A DNA stretch of 64,000 nucleotides from the IMG/VR virus record IMGVR_UViG_3300037789_000055, positions 14,819-78,818 of that record. One strand, 5' to 3'. Source of the DNA: a virus (lineage: Duplodnaviria; Caudoviricetes). Position numbers and translations under genes: made by a program. This document shows positions 55,546-63,443 of this stretch, in pieces (the stretch's first letter is position 1; every line of letters starts with the position of its first letter). The notes beneath the pieces were generated by a model that was given only the letters and a program-made list of their open reading frames with translations, did no database searches and had not been told where the DNA came from.

Positions 55546-56102
55546 TGGACAATCTCCTTGATTTGAGAGCCACGCAGACGGACGGCCTGACCGGTCTTGA
55601 CCGACCGGTAGACGGACCGGGTTCCGGGCCACTCGATCTTCTTGAAGAGATCCCCATACGGTTCCCAGGGTTCATGCAGTCGGATGGTGTCCCCCATTTT
55701 CGGCTTCGGCCGGCGGGCATAGACCTGGCAGCGTTCCCGCCATTCATTGGCGTAGTCACTGGTCGTGGGGGACAGGACCTTCAGCAGTGACAAGGGGGCC
55801 TTGGATTCAACCGGGCCCATGCATTCGGTCATGTCCTTGTAGCCCCAGGAGCCATCACGGTCCTTTCGCGTCAGGAAGATCGCGGCCCAGGTCTGGGCGC
55901 CGGTTTCTGGATCGGGTTCATGGTCGCTGTAGGGAAGGATCTGACCCGGCTTCGGGGTCGACTTGACAGCGACGTAGTGGACGTTCCCAACAACAGAGTG
56001 CTTGACGACTTCTGTGGAATAGGTCTCGGTCTCGAACGTGAGCATGCGGGCGACCTCGGCCTTCGGGTCACGCGGCGGGTGGCGATGAAATGTCCAGCCC
56101 AT
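55539..56102 (-). CDS. Hypothetical protein (DUF6927-like), 187 aa
   Basis: MGW start, WGYKDMTECMGP and EWRERC; hairpin RBS. Confidence 0.6.
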   Translation of the reverse strand: MGWTFHRHPPRDPKAEVARMLTFETETYSTEVVKHSVVGNVHYVAVKSTPKPGQILPYSDHEPDPETGAQTWAAIFLTRKDRDGSWGYKDMTECMGPVESKAPLSLLKVLSPTTSDYANEWRERCQVYARRPKPKMGDTIRLHEPWEPYGDLFKKIEWPGTRSVYRSVKTGQAVRLRGSQIKEIVQC

Positions 56103-56130
56103 AGTATCCTCCATCGGATAGGGGTTTTGG

Positions 56131-56418
56131 TTAGTCCTCTTCGACGCCCAGAAATCCCAGGTGTTCACGGAATGCAGACATGATCTCGATCGTGTTTGGG
56201 AGCGTCAGGGCGAAACCCTCCTCTGGGTCTTGAGTATCCCAGAGCGTCACGCGGTCGATACATCCAGCGTTACGGGCCAGTCGGGAGAGAAGAGAGAAAG
56301 GGGCATGGTTCAGGAGTGTTTCTGCATCCATCACCTCCCAACCATAGGAAAGGACAAGGGTTGCATCCTTGTCCGAGAGAAGGTCTCGGGCTCTCATTGT
56401 ATGCTTCAGATCAGCCAT
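56131..56418 (-). CDS. Hypothetical protein, 95 aa
   Basis: GGAGG RBS. Confidence 0.6.
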   Translation of the reverse strand: MADLKHTMRARDLLSDKDATLVLSYGWEVMDAETLLNHAPFSLLSRLARNAGCIDRVTLWDTQDPEEGFALTLPNTIEIMSAFREHLGFLGVEED

Positions 56419-56427
56419 AGTATCCTC

Positions 56428-56862
56428 CTAGATTTTGTCGTGGGATCGGAAGCTGTATTCCGTGGTGTGTCCGACGATGATGTGGTCATGCAGCGTGATC
56501 TCGAAAACGTCCGCGGCACTCTTGATCTTGCGGGTCATCTTGAGATCCTGAGAGCCGGGAGTTGGGTCGTTCGAGGGGTGGTTGTGAACGAGGATCATTG
56601 CACTAGCGTCGAGCAGCAGTGCCTGCTTCAGGACCTCCCGTGGGTAGACCGTGACGTGGTCGATGGTCCCACTGTTCAGATGACAGTCTTCAATCAACCG
56701 GTTCTTCCGGTCCAGGTAGAGGACATGAAACTCCTCCCGCTTCGGGTTTCGGATCACCAGGTGGCAGTAGTCGATCAGCTGGTCGTAAGACGAGATGACC
56801 GGGTTCTGGTTCAGGAACGTCGCCAGGAACTCCCGGGCTTCCAGGACAGTGTTCTGGTTCAT
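56428..56862 (-). CDS. radC: RadC-like JAB-domain protein, 144 aa
   Basis: REEFHVLYLDRKNRLI, GTIDHVTVYPREV, ILVHNHPS and LHDHIIVG. Confidence 0.9.
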   Translation of the reverse strand: MNQNTVLEAREFLATFLNQNPVISSYDQLIDYCHLVIRNPKREEFHVLYLDRKNRLIEDCHLNSGTIDHVTVYPREVLKQALLLDASAMILVHNHPSNDPTPGSQDLKMTRKIKSAADVFEITLHDHIIVGHTTEYSFRSHDKI

Positions 56863-57197
56863 GCCACCTTCACCAGGTTGCCGAAGAGGTTGACGTAGAA
56901 GCTGGTGTTGTTTTGGAGCCACTCCAAAGTCACAGTCGGCTCGATGCTGTTCCCTTCGTCGTCGCAGCCGAGGACCAGGCCCCTCCCAGCAAGGGGCTGA
57001 TGGGTGTCATGGATCCTGAACAGATCACTGTGGTTGAAAAGACCCTCGTCATCGACGTAGACCCCATCACCGTGTTCGTTGATCCGGGCGACATCAAAAT
57101 ACGAGGCTCCGATCAGATCATAGATCTGTTTGTAGTCGCCGTTATGGTCGACTTCTGTGATGGTGCAGTCATGCGGATTGATCAGGTAGGCTTTCAT
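56859..57197 (-). CDS. Hypothetical protein (DUF3846-like), 112 aa
   Basis: VYVDDEGL...PLAGRGLVLG; hairpin RBS. Confidence 0.65.
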   Translation of the reverse strand: MKAYLINPHDCTITEVDHNGDYKQIYDLIGASYFDVARINEHGDGVYVDDEGLFNHSDLFRIHDTHQPLAGRGLVLGCDDEGNSIEPTVTLEWLQNNTSFYVNLFGNLVKVA

Positions 57198-57225
57198 GGT
57201 ATCCTCCATCGGATATCGGTTTAGG

Positions 57226-57492
57226 TTAGTTGAACTGTCGGACTTCGCCCCAGTCGGGGGCTCCAAGGTCATCCACAGGGCAAATCTCAACCTTCGTTGG
57301 CCATTTCGTGTCAGTAGTTTCTTCAAGGAAGGTCATCTCGACCGAGAAGAACCTTCCGTCTGTCAGTTCGATGAAGGCCTCGTCCCACTTCATACTGAAT
57401 TTGGCGATGTCCTCGATCTGGACTCCCTCAGGAAGGTCCAGTTCATAGGAGATGTTTCCGGAGATGTTTCCGGTTGCGACGAACCTGCTCAT
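57226..57492 (-). CDS. Hypothetical acidic protein, 88 aa
   Basis: GGAGG RBS; ATGA overlap. Confidence 0.55.
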   Translation of the reverse strand: MSRFVATGNISGNISYELDLPEGVQIEDIAKFSMKWDEAFIELTDGRFFSVEMTFLEETTDTKWPTKVEICPVDDLGAPDWGEVRQFN

Positions 57493-57953
57493 GCCGCCCG
57501 AGCCTCCTGCATCATGTAGTCCCAGTCAGTGCCGAAGAAGCCCCAGCAGCTGTCGTCGGTCTCTTCGTTCACGTAGCCGTAGACCTCGCCGTTGACATAG
57601 GCACCGTAGATCGCGACCTCGCTGCGCAACCGGTCCTCGATCCTGGATCGTAGCTTTGGGGAGATCCGTTTGACCTCAAACTCCTCCCTGATCTGAGCCT
57701 TGTCCTCGTAGATGTAGCCGGTCAGGCCGCTGTCCCAAGGGCAGTGGAAGCCGGTGGTGTTGAGGGCAGTGCCCGAGTGCTCATAGCGGTAGACCGGAAG
57801 CCAGATGTGGTCATGGTCACTTGGTGCGGGGCCTTCGTTGATCAGGTTGTGGCAATAGAGGGTAGAGGTGTATTCCATGTCCTGACGGGGATTGATGGCA
57901 TGGTGGTCATAGTAGATCTTGACCGGACCTTCTTCGTAGATGGGATCGTTCAT
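57489..57953 (-). CDS. Hypothetical protein, 154 aa
   Basis: LPVYRYEHSG...WDSG..GYIY...YVNGEVYGY...DSCWGFFG, a recurrent phage family. Confidence 0.65.
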   Translation of the reverse strand: MNDPIYEEGPVKIYYDHHAINPRQDMEYTSTLYCHNLINEGPAPSDHDHIWLPVYRYEHSGTALNTTGFHCPWDSGLTGYIYEDKAQIREEFEVKRISPKLRSRIEDRLRSEVAIYGAYVNGEVYGYVNEETDDSCWGFFGTDWDYMMQEARAA

Positions 57954-57955
57954 AG

Positions 57956-58492
57956 TTACCTCCACTTCCGATAGCGCCGTACTCCAGCTTCTCGGGCTTG
58001 TTCTGCGGACAGAAAATTCTCCCCATCATCGTATCCAAAGGTCCCTCCTCCCAGGTATGAGACTTCAGTCCCGGCCATCAGTTTCAGGCTCGGAGAGATC
58101 ATGAGATGGTTCTGGGTCACCCACTTCCATTTCTTGAAGGCGTTCCGGCTCCAGCGGTCGATCTCTTCCTGATCTGGCCGCTCTTCGAGTAACCCCAACC
58201 GGTGCATGATCCGGCGGGCAGTCATCATTCGACGACGATCCATTGGTTGGGCCGAAAGTCCATAGATCCTCAGTGCTCGATGAGGATCCCTTGAGGTGCT
58301 CAAATTATGAAGCATATTCTGGGTCGGGCTCGGCTTGTGTTTGATCCCGGCCCGTTCATTGATCAGCTGGTGCCGCATCTTCTTCAGGATCTGGTCCGCT
58401 TCCTCGATCGGGCCGGTTTGCGGGACCCACTCTCCAAGCGCCCGTTTGGCCTTCAGAGCGAAATGGGTCCGCTTCTGGTGAAGGCTACTCAT
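57956..58492 (-). CDS. Hypothetical basic protein, 178 aa
   Basis: TAATG coupling. Confidence 0.55.
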   Translation of the reverse strand: MSSLHQKRTHFALKAKRALGEWVPQTGPIEEADQILKKMRHQLINERAGIKHKPSPTQNMLHNLSTSRDPHRALRIYGLSAQPMDRRRMMTARRIMHRLGLLEERPDQEEIDRWSRNAFKKWKWVTQNHLMISPSLKLMAGTEVSYLGGGTFGYDDGENFLSAEQAREAGVRRYRKWR

Positions 58493-58710
58493 TAGATCAC
58501 TCCCGCCAGAATGGTTGCGGACTGGACAGTGTTGGTGCCGCAGCTCTCACACCACCCCTGATCTTGATCAGGCTCGTACTCCGTGGAGTAGTCACAACCC
58601 TCGTTGATGCAGATCGCCGGCATCAACCCGTCGAACATGTAGTCTTCGATCAGGTCCTCGGGGGCTTGGTACCCCCAGTCGGTGGTCAGTGTTTGCAGTT
58701 TACTGGTCAT
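58492..58710 (-). CDS. Small zinc-ribbon protein, 72 aa
   Basis: CINEGC...WCESCG; hairpin RBS. Confidence 0.65.
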   Translation of the reverse strand: MTSKLQTLTTDWGYQAPEDLIEDYMFDGLMPAICINEGCDYSTEYEPDQDQGWCESCGTNTVQSATILAGVI

Positions 58711-59014
58711 GATATCCTCCAACGGATGTGGGTGTTTCCCCTCACAATTCGAACTCCTGATAAACCACACTTGGTGAATGGGTGTTTCTCCAGTTGGAGA
58801 TTTCATTCTTCCAAACTTCCCGGGCCGCGAGGGGGGTGGAGTATGGTCCAGACTTTTGGAGCCGATTGAATGGTTCCAGGGGCCTCATGGGGTGATATAT
58901 CTGGACCTCATACAGGAGATAATACCTGGCGGTTGTATCCTCGGAACCTTGACCACCCCCTTCCGTGATAGGTGTTTGCAGTTTTCTGGCCATGATATCC
59001 TCCAACGGATGTGG
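58689..59014. repeat. 43-bp direct repeat (41/43 identical) covering the RBS hairpin and first codons of two adjacent genes
   Basis: 58689-58731 versus 58972-59014. Confidence 0.9.
58742..58993 (-). CDS. Hypothetical protein, 83 aa
   Basis: Start at ATG 58993 after a hairpin RBS. Confidence 0.55.
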   Translation of the reverse strand: MARKLQTPITEGGGQGSEDTTARYYLLYEVQIYHPMRPLEPFNRLQKSGPYSTPLAAREVWKNEISNWRNTHSPSVVYQEFEL

Positions 59015-59290
59015 TTAGACGCGGGTCACCTCGAATACGTGGAAGACCATCCAGTCGAGGAAGACTGTGTCGATGATCTCGGAATTCTGAGGCACCGTCC
59101 CTCCGGTCGGGACGACTTGGACAAACCGTCTCAGGTTGAAGACATCCGAGCGAGGATTAACTGTGACCCAGATCACGATGTCCTGGCCCTGCACCCCCGC
59201 TGAGATGATCCTGGCGGGGGAAGGGAGATCGAACGATTGCAGATGAAACCCATCGGCGAGGGTGAACTTCCAGATGGTCAGATCGGTCAT
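59015..59290 (-). CDS. Hypothetical protein, 91 aa
   Basis: TIWKFTL...IISAGVQ...IVIWVTVNP...VPTG, a recurrent small phage family. Confidence 0.65.
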   Translation of the reverse strand: MTDLTIWKFTLADGFHLQSFDLPSPARIISAGVQGQDIVIWVTVNPRSDVFNLRRFVQVVPTGGTVPQNSEIIDTVFLDWMVFHVFEVTRV

Positions 59291-59646
59291 TTCATCACCT
59301 CGTCTTCAAAGCAGTCGATTGCCACCTTGAGATCGTGCATCCTGTTCATGAGATCGTCGGCTTCCTCGTGGAGCAGTTCCCGGGCCCGGGTATCAACGGC
59401 GTTGGCGAGTTCAAGAAACCCAGTCTGCTCCTCGATCTGTTTTTCCATCGAAGTATACCAGTGGGAGAGAAGCTCTTCGAAAACCTTGCCGGGGATCTCG
59501 ACCCCGTTGATCTTCACTTCGGCTGTCAGTTTCCGGGTGTCCATCCACTCAGGGGTGTCCACGATTGTTCGCGCCACATCCGCATCCTGAAGAACCAGGT
59601 GGCCCGTCAGAACAGACGAGTCACCGATGGAGAAAGTGTAGCTCAT
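59287..59646 (-). CDS. Hypothetical protein, 119 aa
   Basis: Coupled ORF. Confidence 0.55.
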   Translation of the reverse strand: MSYTFSIGDSSVLTGHLVLQDADVARTIVDTPEWMDTRKLTAEVKINGVEIPGKVFEELLSHWYTSMEKQIEEQTGFLELANAVDTRARELLHEEADDLMNRMHDLKVAIDCFEDEVMK

Positions 59647-59897
59647 TTGGGATACCTCGCTGGTACTGTTTCTCGGATGTGAACCAGAGCGGCTTCGATA
59701 TCCACACGGAGTTGCTCTGTGTCTTCACGGTTGAAGGTCATCTCCAGCTTCGAGCTCCAGGTGGCCGAGAAGACCAACCCAAACTCGTATGCAAGGAGGT
59801 CCAGTAGGGCCTCCTCCTGGTAGTCATTCAGTCGCCGGGCCTCACCCTGGAGGGTGACGATCAGAAAGGGTGATGGCTCAATCGAAATGCCTTTCAT
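59643..59897 (-). CDS. Hypothetical protein, 84 aa
   Basis: Coupled ORF. Confidence 0.55.
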   Translation of the reverse strand: MKGISIEPSPFLIVTLQGEARRLNDYQEEALLDLLAYEFGLVFSATWSSKLEMTFNREDTEQLRVDIEAALVHIRETVPARYPK

Positions 59898-60370
59898 GGC
59901 CAGACCTCCGTGAATTCGGGGTATTTCAGTTTCAGTCTGGCCATGTGGTTGATGACCCCCTCCTCACCCCAGCCTCGGCGACGGACGGTCAGGGTCTGGT
60001 TCTTCCAGTCGGTCAGGAAGTCGTTGTCGATGATCAGGCCCTCGTACTGGCTCCAGGCCACAGCGCAGAGTCCAATGTCCACGTACTTGTTCTGGCGCTT
60101 AGGGGAGACGTAGCTCGTGATTTCACAGATGTTGATGTTGCCCCGGCGCCAGGTGGCGTGGATGTGGTCGTGGTCATAGTCGCTGTCGTCATGCGACTGT
60201 TGAACAAACCCCATCTCCTCGAGTTTGAGGAACTTGGTGGGCAGTGCCACGTCGATATCTGAGACCGGTCGATTGAGGAGCATGTCCCGCCAGAAGCCTC
60301 CATAGATCACGGCCCCCGGCAGTTCCTTCGCCACTTCCTCGGCGATGTGGTAGGCGATGGTCAGTTTCAT
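59894..60370 (-). CDS. Minimal nucleotidyltransferase (poly(A) polymerase/CCA-adding head-like), 158 aa
   Basis: IYGGFWRDMLLNRPVSDIDV; VDIGLCAVA. Confidence 0.8.
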   Translation of the reverse strand: MKLTIAYHIAEEVAKELPGAVIYGGFWRDMLLNRPVSDIDVALPTKFLKLEEMGFVQQSHDDSDYDHDHIHATWRRGNINICEITSYVSPKRQNKYVDIGLCAVAWSQYEGLIIDNDFLTDWKNQTLTVRRRGWGEEGVINHMARLKLKYPEFTEVWP

Positions 60371-60585
60371 GGTGTCACCTCATAGTGATGAGAGTTCCCG
60401 ATGTAGGATCGGGTCAGCCAGCCGCGGTTGTAGAGATCGAGGCACACGTTCCGAACGGTCCCGATCGGCAGGCCAGTGGCGACGGCGATGTCCTTGGCCC
60501 GGGTCGCAGCTGGATGGGTTTCCAGATATGCAGTGATCAGGTCCTCAGAGGACTTCATCTGCACTCCGGCTTCACGCAGTTTCAT
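60367..60585 (-). CDS. Winged-helix DNA-binding protein, 72 aa
   Basis: RAKDIAVATGLPIGTVRNVCLDLYNRGWL. Confidence 0.75.
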   Translation of the reverse strand: MKLREAGVQMKSSEDLITAYLETHPAATRAKDIAVATGLPIGTVRNVCLDLYNRGWLTRSYIGNSHHYEVTP

Positions 60586-60839
60586 ATTCCCATGATCCTT
60601 TTGAAGTTGCTCTGAACGTGGTGCTCACCTGCTTTGAACCCCCGCCCATAGCCGGCTGAGAAGGCCTCGTAGAAGTGGGTCAGGAGGTGAGGCGCCTGTT
60701 CGAGGGACAGGGTCGGGATCGAGAAGATATGCCACTTGTTGTGGAGCCAGACCTCCGTCAGCATCTCATACCGATAGAGTGTCCATTCCTCGTATCTGTC
60801 GATCTCGGGTTCAGGTGGCATCAGGTCGTTGGGTCTCAT
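60582..60839 (-). CDS. Hypothetical protein, 85 aa
   Basis: Coupled ORF. Confidence 0.55.
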   Translation of the reverse strand: MRPNDLMPPEPEIDRYEEWTLYRYEMLTEVWLHNKWHIFSIPTLSLEQAPHLLTHFYEAFSAGYGRGFKAGEHHVQSNFKRIMGI

Positions 60840-61044
60840 TGGGTGGTACCACCGTTGTTTGGATTTCGGTTCGGATCGTGGCGGGGAGGTGGGTCAGTTT
60901 GGCCCACTCCCGAGCTGCCCGGTCGTCGTCACCATGGGTGACCGAAGGCCAGTAATCCTCAGGGATCCGGATTTGGGTTCCAAAGGGGTCCGGACATTGG
61001 AGGATCACTGAACGGATTTGGTCCCGGGTGATGGTTATACCCAT
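60811..61044 (-). CDS. Hypothetical protein, 77 aa
   Basis: Coupled ORF. Confidence 0.5.
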   Translation of the reverse strand: MGITITRDQIRSVILQCPDPFGTQIRIPEDYWPSVTHGDDDRAAREWAKLTHLPATIRTEIQTTVVPPNETQRPDAT

Positions 61045-61487
61045 GGTGCTTCTCCGGCCATGACCCGCCGAACTGCGGCCGCAGCCTGGGCCGGGGTGCA
61101 GTTGTTGGGGGCGAGACTCTGGTCAAAGAGTTCATGACCCACCCACCATCTCTCCTGTGATATGTGGAGCCCCAGGAAGTCAGCCGCGGTATTCCGGATA
61201 CTGGTCCAGAGGGTGGTCATCTTGGCCTGCGCCTCGAGGGAGGGGAACAGTTGTCCCTCCGGGGCCTGGCTCATCAGATAGGCCGCACCGGCCATACAAC
61301 AGGCCGTTCCGCAGTCCGGTGTTGGATTGGGGTGGGCGTCGATGTATTCCTGGAGCGTGAGATAGTCGGTTTGGTCATAGACATCCTGATCGGTAAGAGG
61401 ACAGACACCGACGTTCATGTCGAAGATGACGTGGGGAGCACCGGCCTCCAACCACTGGGCCAGTTTTTCGAGGTTCTCGAGGTTCAT
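61035..61487 (-). CDS. Hypothetical protein, 150 aa (paralogue of 62861..63193)
   Basis: FDM...CGTACCMAG...LF...TPAQA. Confidence 0.65.
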   Translation of the reverse strand: MNLENLEKLAQWLEAGAPHVIFDMNVGVCPLTDQDVYDQTDYLTLQEYIDAHPNPTPDCGTACCMAGAAYLMSQAPEGQLFPSLEAQAKMTTLWTSIRNTAADFLGLHISQERWWVGHELFDQSLAPNNCTPAQAAAAVRRVMAGEAPWV

Positions 61488-61489
61488 TG

Positions 61490-61925
61490 GAAGATCTCCA
61501 GTTCAGAGGGTTGGTGCTTGATGGGTGTTGATGACGAACTCACCGGACATCCCCATGGAGTCGTACAGATCCCGCTGTAGGATTTTGGCCATGGTGGTAT
61601 TGGGTGAGAACACTTGTTGTTCCACCCGCCAGCAATCTTCGAGCTCGGACTGAGGAACCCGAAACTCCACAGTGAAGATGTGGATGGTTGCTTCAGGGTC
61701 AGGCAGGGGGTCGAAATAGAAGACACAATCCGGATGGGCCATCATCCCCTCTTCAATCGAGAGGTAGTCTGCTGACGAGCCCCGTTCTCCTGAGGGTCCA
61801 TCCGAAAATTGCCATTCAGTGTCCCCGATATCAGCACGACCGGCGTGGGCGTCCGCGTCAGTGACGATACCCTGCACGATCCAGATTTCACGTTTTTTAG
61901 ACATCGTCGAAGATCTCCAGTTCAG
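61490..61925. repeat. 17-bp direct repeat GAAGATCTCCAGTTCAG flanking one gene
   Basis: Identical copies at 61490-61506 and 61909-61925, each containing a GGAG RBS on the - strand. Confidence 0.85.
61503..61904 (-). CDS. Hypothetical protein, 133 aa
   Basis: Start at ATG 61904 after GGAG. Confidence 0.6.
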   Translation of the reverse strand: MSKKREIWIVQGIVTDADAHAGRADIGDTEWQFSDGPSGERGSSADYLSIEEGMMAHPDCVFYFDPLPDPEATIHIFTVEFRVPQSELEDCWRVEQQVFSPNTTMAKILQRDLYDSMGMSGEFVINTHQAPTL

Positions 61926-62151
61926 GATCGGGGTCAACGTCCACGTCGAAGAGGACGTAGTCAGTGGTTTGGGTGGAGAGGATCTGGGTCAGGATCGGGC
62001 AGTTTTCGACGTTGGCCTGTTTCCAGATGAAGAAGCCAGCGTCGTTCGAATAGGCAACGGTCATCCCCGCCTTGGTGATGTCGGACAGGACCATCCTGAT
62101 CTCGTCAGCTGGGAGATGACACAGTGCGATCTCGGAAAAGGTTCTCGTCAT
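61897..62151 (-). CDS. Hypothetical protein, 84 aa
   Basis: ATGA overlap with the ctrA stop; LCHLPADE. Confidence 0.6.
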   Translation of the reverse strand: MTRTFSEIALCHLPADEIRMVLSDITKAGMTVAYSNDAGFFIWKQANVENCPILTQILSTQTTDYVLFDVDVDPDPELEIFDDV

Positions 62152-62834
62152 GCCACGACCTGTTCCGGTTCGGGCTCCTGCAACAGATACCCACGACCCC
62201 AAATCGTATGGATGTGCCGGCCGGCGGTGCCGAGCTTCTTCCGCAACTTGCAGATGAACACGTCGATGATCTTCAATTCCGGCTCGTCCATGCCACCATA
62301 AAGGTGGTTGAGGAACATCTCTTTCGTCAGCGTCGTACCCTTGCGCAGGCAGAGCAGTTCCAGCATCTGGTATTCCTTGCCGGTCAGATACACCTGGCGG
62401 TCGTTGACCTTGACGGTCTGGGAGTCGAGATTGACGCTGATGGGACCGGTCTGGATGATGGCCTGGGCGTGGCCCTTGGACCGGCGGATGACCGCGTGGA
62501 TGCGACCGATGAGTTCCTCCCGGTGGAATGGTTTGGTCAGATAGTCGTCGCCCCCGAGACCAAAGAACTTGATCTTGCTTTCGGTGCTGTCGTCGCCGGT
62601 GAGGGCCAGGACCGGGGTGTTGATACGATCCACGCGGATCTGGCGCAGTACGTCATGCCCTGAGATGTCGGGCAGGTTCAAATCGAGCAGTACCAGGTCA
62701 TAGTCATAGAACTTGATGAGATCGACGCCCTCTTCCCCCAGATCGGTCGAGTAGACGTTGAAGCCAGCATGAGTGAGCATGGTCTCGACGCTACGGGCGG
62801 TGTTGGGATCGTCTTCGATGTGCAGAATTCGCAT
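62148..62834 (-). CDS. ctrA: CtrA cell-cycle response regulator (full length), 228 aa
   Basis: [21 protein letters not shown] (D51), [14 protein letters not shown] and [50 protein letters not shown], which are diagnostic CtrA sequences. Confidence 0.97.
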   Translation of the reverse strand: MRILHIEDDPNTARSVETMLTHAGFNVYSTDLGEEGVDLIKFYDYDLVLLDLNLPDISGHDVLRQIRVDRINTPVLALTGDDSTESKIKFFGLGGDDYLTKPFHREELIGRIHAVIRRSKGHAQAIIQTGPISVNLDSQTVKVNDRQVYLTGKEYQMLELLCLRKGTTLTKEMFLNHLYGGMDEPELKIIDVFICKLRKKLGTAGRHIHTIWGRGYLLQEPEPEQVVA

Positions 62835-62860
62835 GTTTTCCTCCAGCGGAAATGTGGTGA

Positions 62861-63193
62861 TTACAGGTAGTCATCCCAGAGCTTGAACTGGTCGACCTTC
62901 AGGTCCTCCAGTGCTCGAATGGCCATGGCAGGGGTGATATCCGGGAGTGGGACCTTACTCCCTATGGCCACGAACAGCTCCTGACCAAGATCAGGGGAAA
63001 TCCCCAGGGCTTGGCAGTTCTCGGAGAAGGTGCTCTGATAACCAGTCGGGTCCAGGATCAGGTTCGAGAACCCGGCGATACAGGCCACGGTTCCGCAGTC
63101 CCTGTGACGTACCCAGTAGCACATATCGAATTTGGCGATCTCCTCGGCCTGGATCGCGGCGATGATTTCGTCGATGTGTTCAACGTTCGGCAT
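62861..63193 (-). CDS. Hypothetical protein, 110 aa (paralogue of 61035..61487)
   Basis: FDM...CGTVACIAG...LF...TPAMA. Confidence 0.65.
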   Translation of the reverse strand: MPNVEHIDEIIAAIQAEEIAKFDMCYWVRHRDCGTVACIAGFSNLILDPTGYQSTFSENCQALGISPDLGQELFVAIGSKVPLPDITPAMAIRALEDLKVDQFKLWDDYL

Positions 63194-63443
63194 TGATAAA
63201 CTCCTCACAGAATTCCTTGAGATCGCGCATTCTCCAGAGGTGGAACCGGTCCCATTGTTCGAATTCGATCACGCAGTCGATCGATCCATAGTCTCCGATC
63301 TCGATCGACTGCAGTTCGGGAAACTTCCCCTCGGCCCGTTTGATGAAGTCGAAGAAGGCGTCTGGTCCGAGCTGCATGAACGGGATCGGGTCGTCCGGAT
63401 CGAGTTGGAACCGGACAGTGTTCATTTGGAGTTCGAATTTCAT
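63180..63443 (-). CDS. Hypothetical acidic protein, 87 aa
   Basis: Coupled ORF. Confidence 0.55.
   Translation of the reverse strand: MKFELQMNTVRFQLDPDDPIPFMQLGPDAFFDFIKRAEGKFPELQSIEIGDYGSIDCVIEFEQWDRFHLWRMRDLKEFCEEFINAER

Noticed and set aside
56428-56862. RadC-like protein as a catalytically dead JAB (Ser to Gly at HxHx7S)
   Set aside because: Both His residues and the Asp are retained, and a Ser lies one position later. This is not sufficient to call inactivation.
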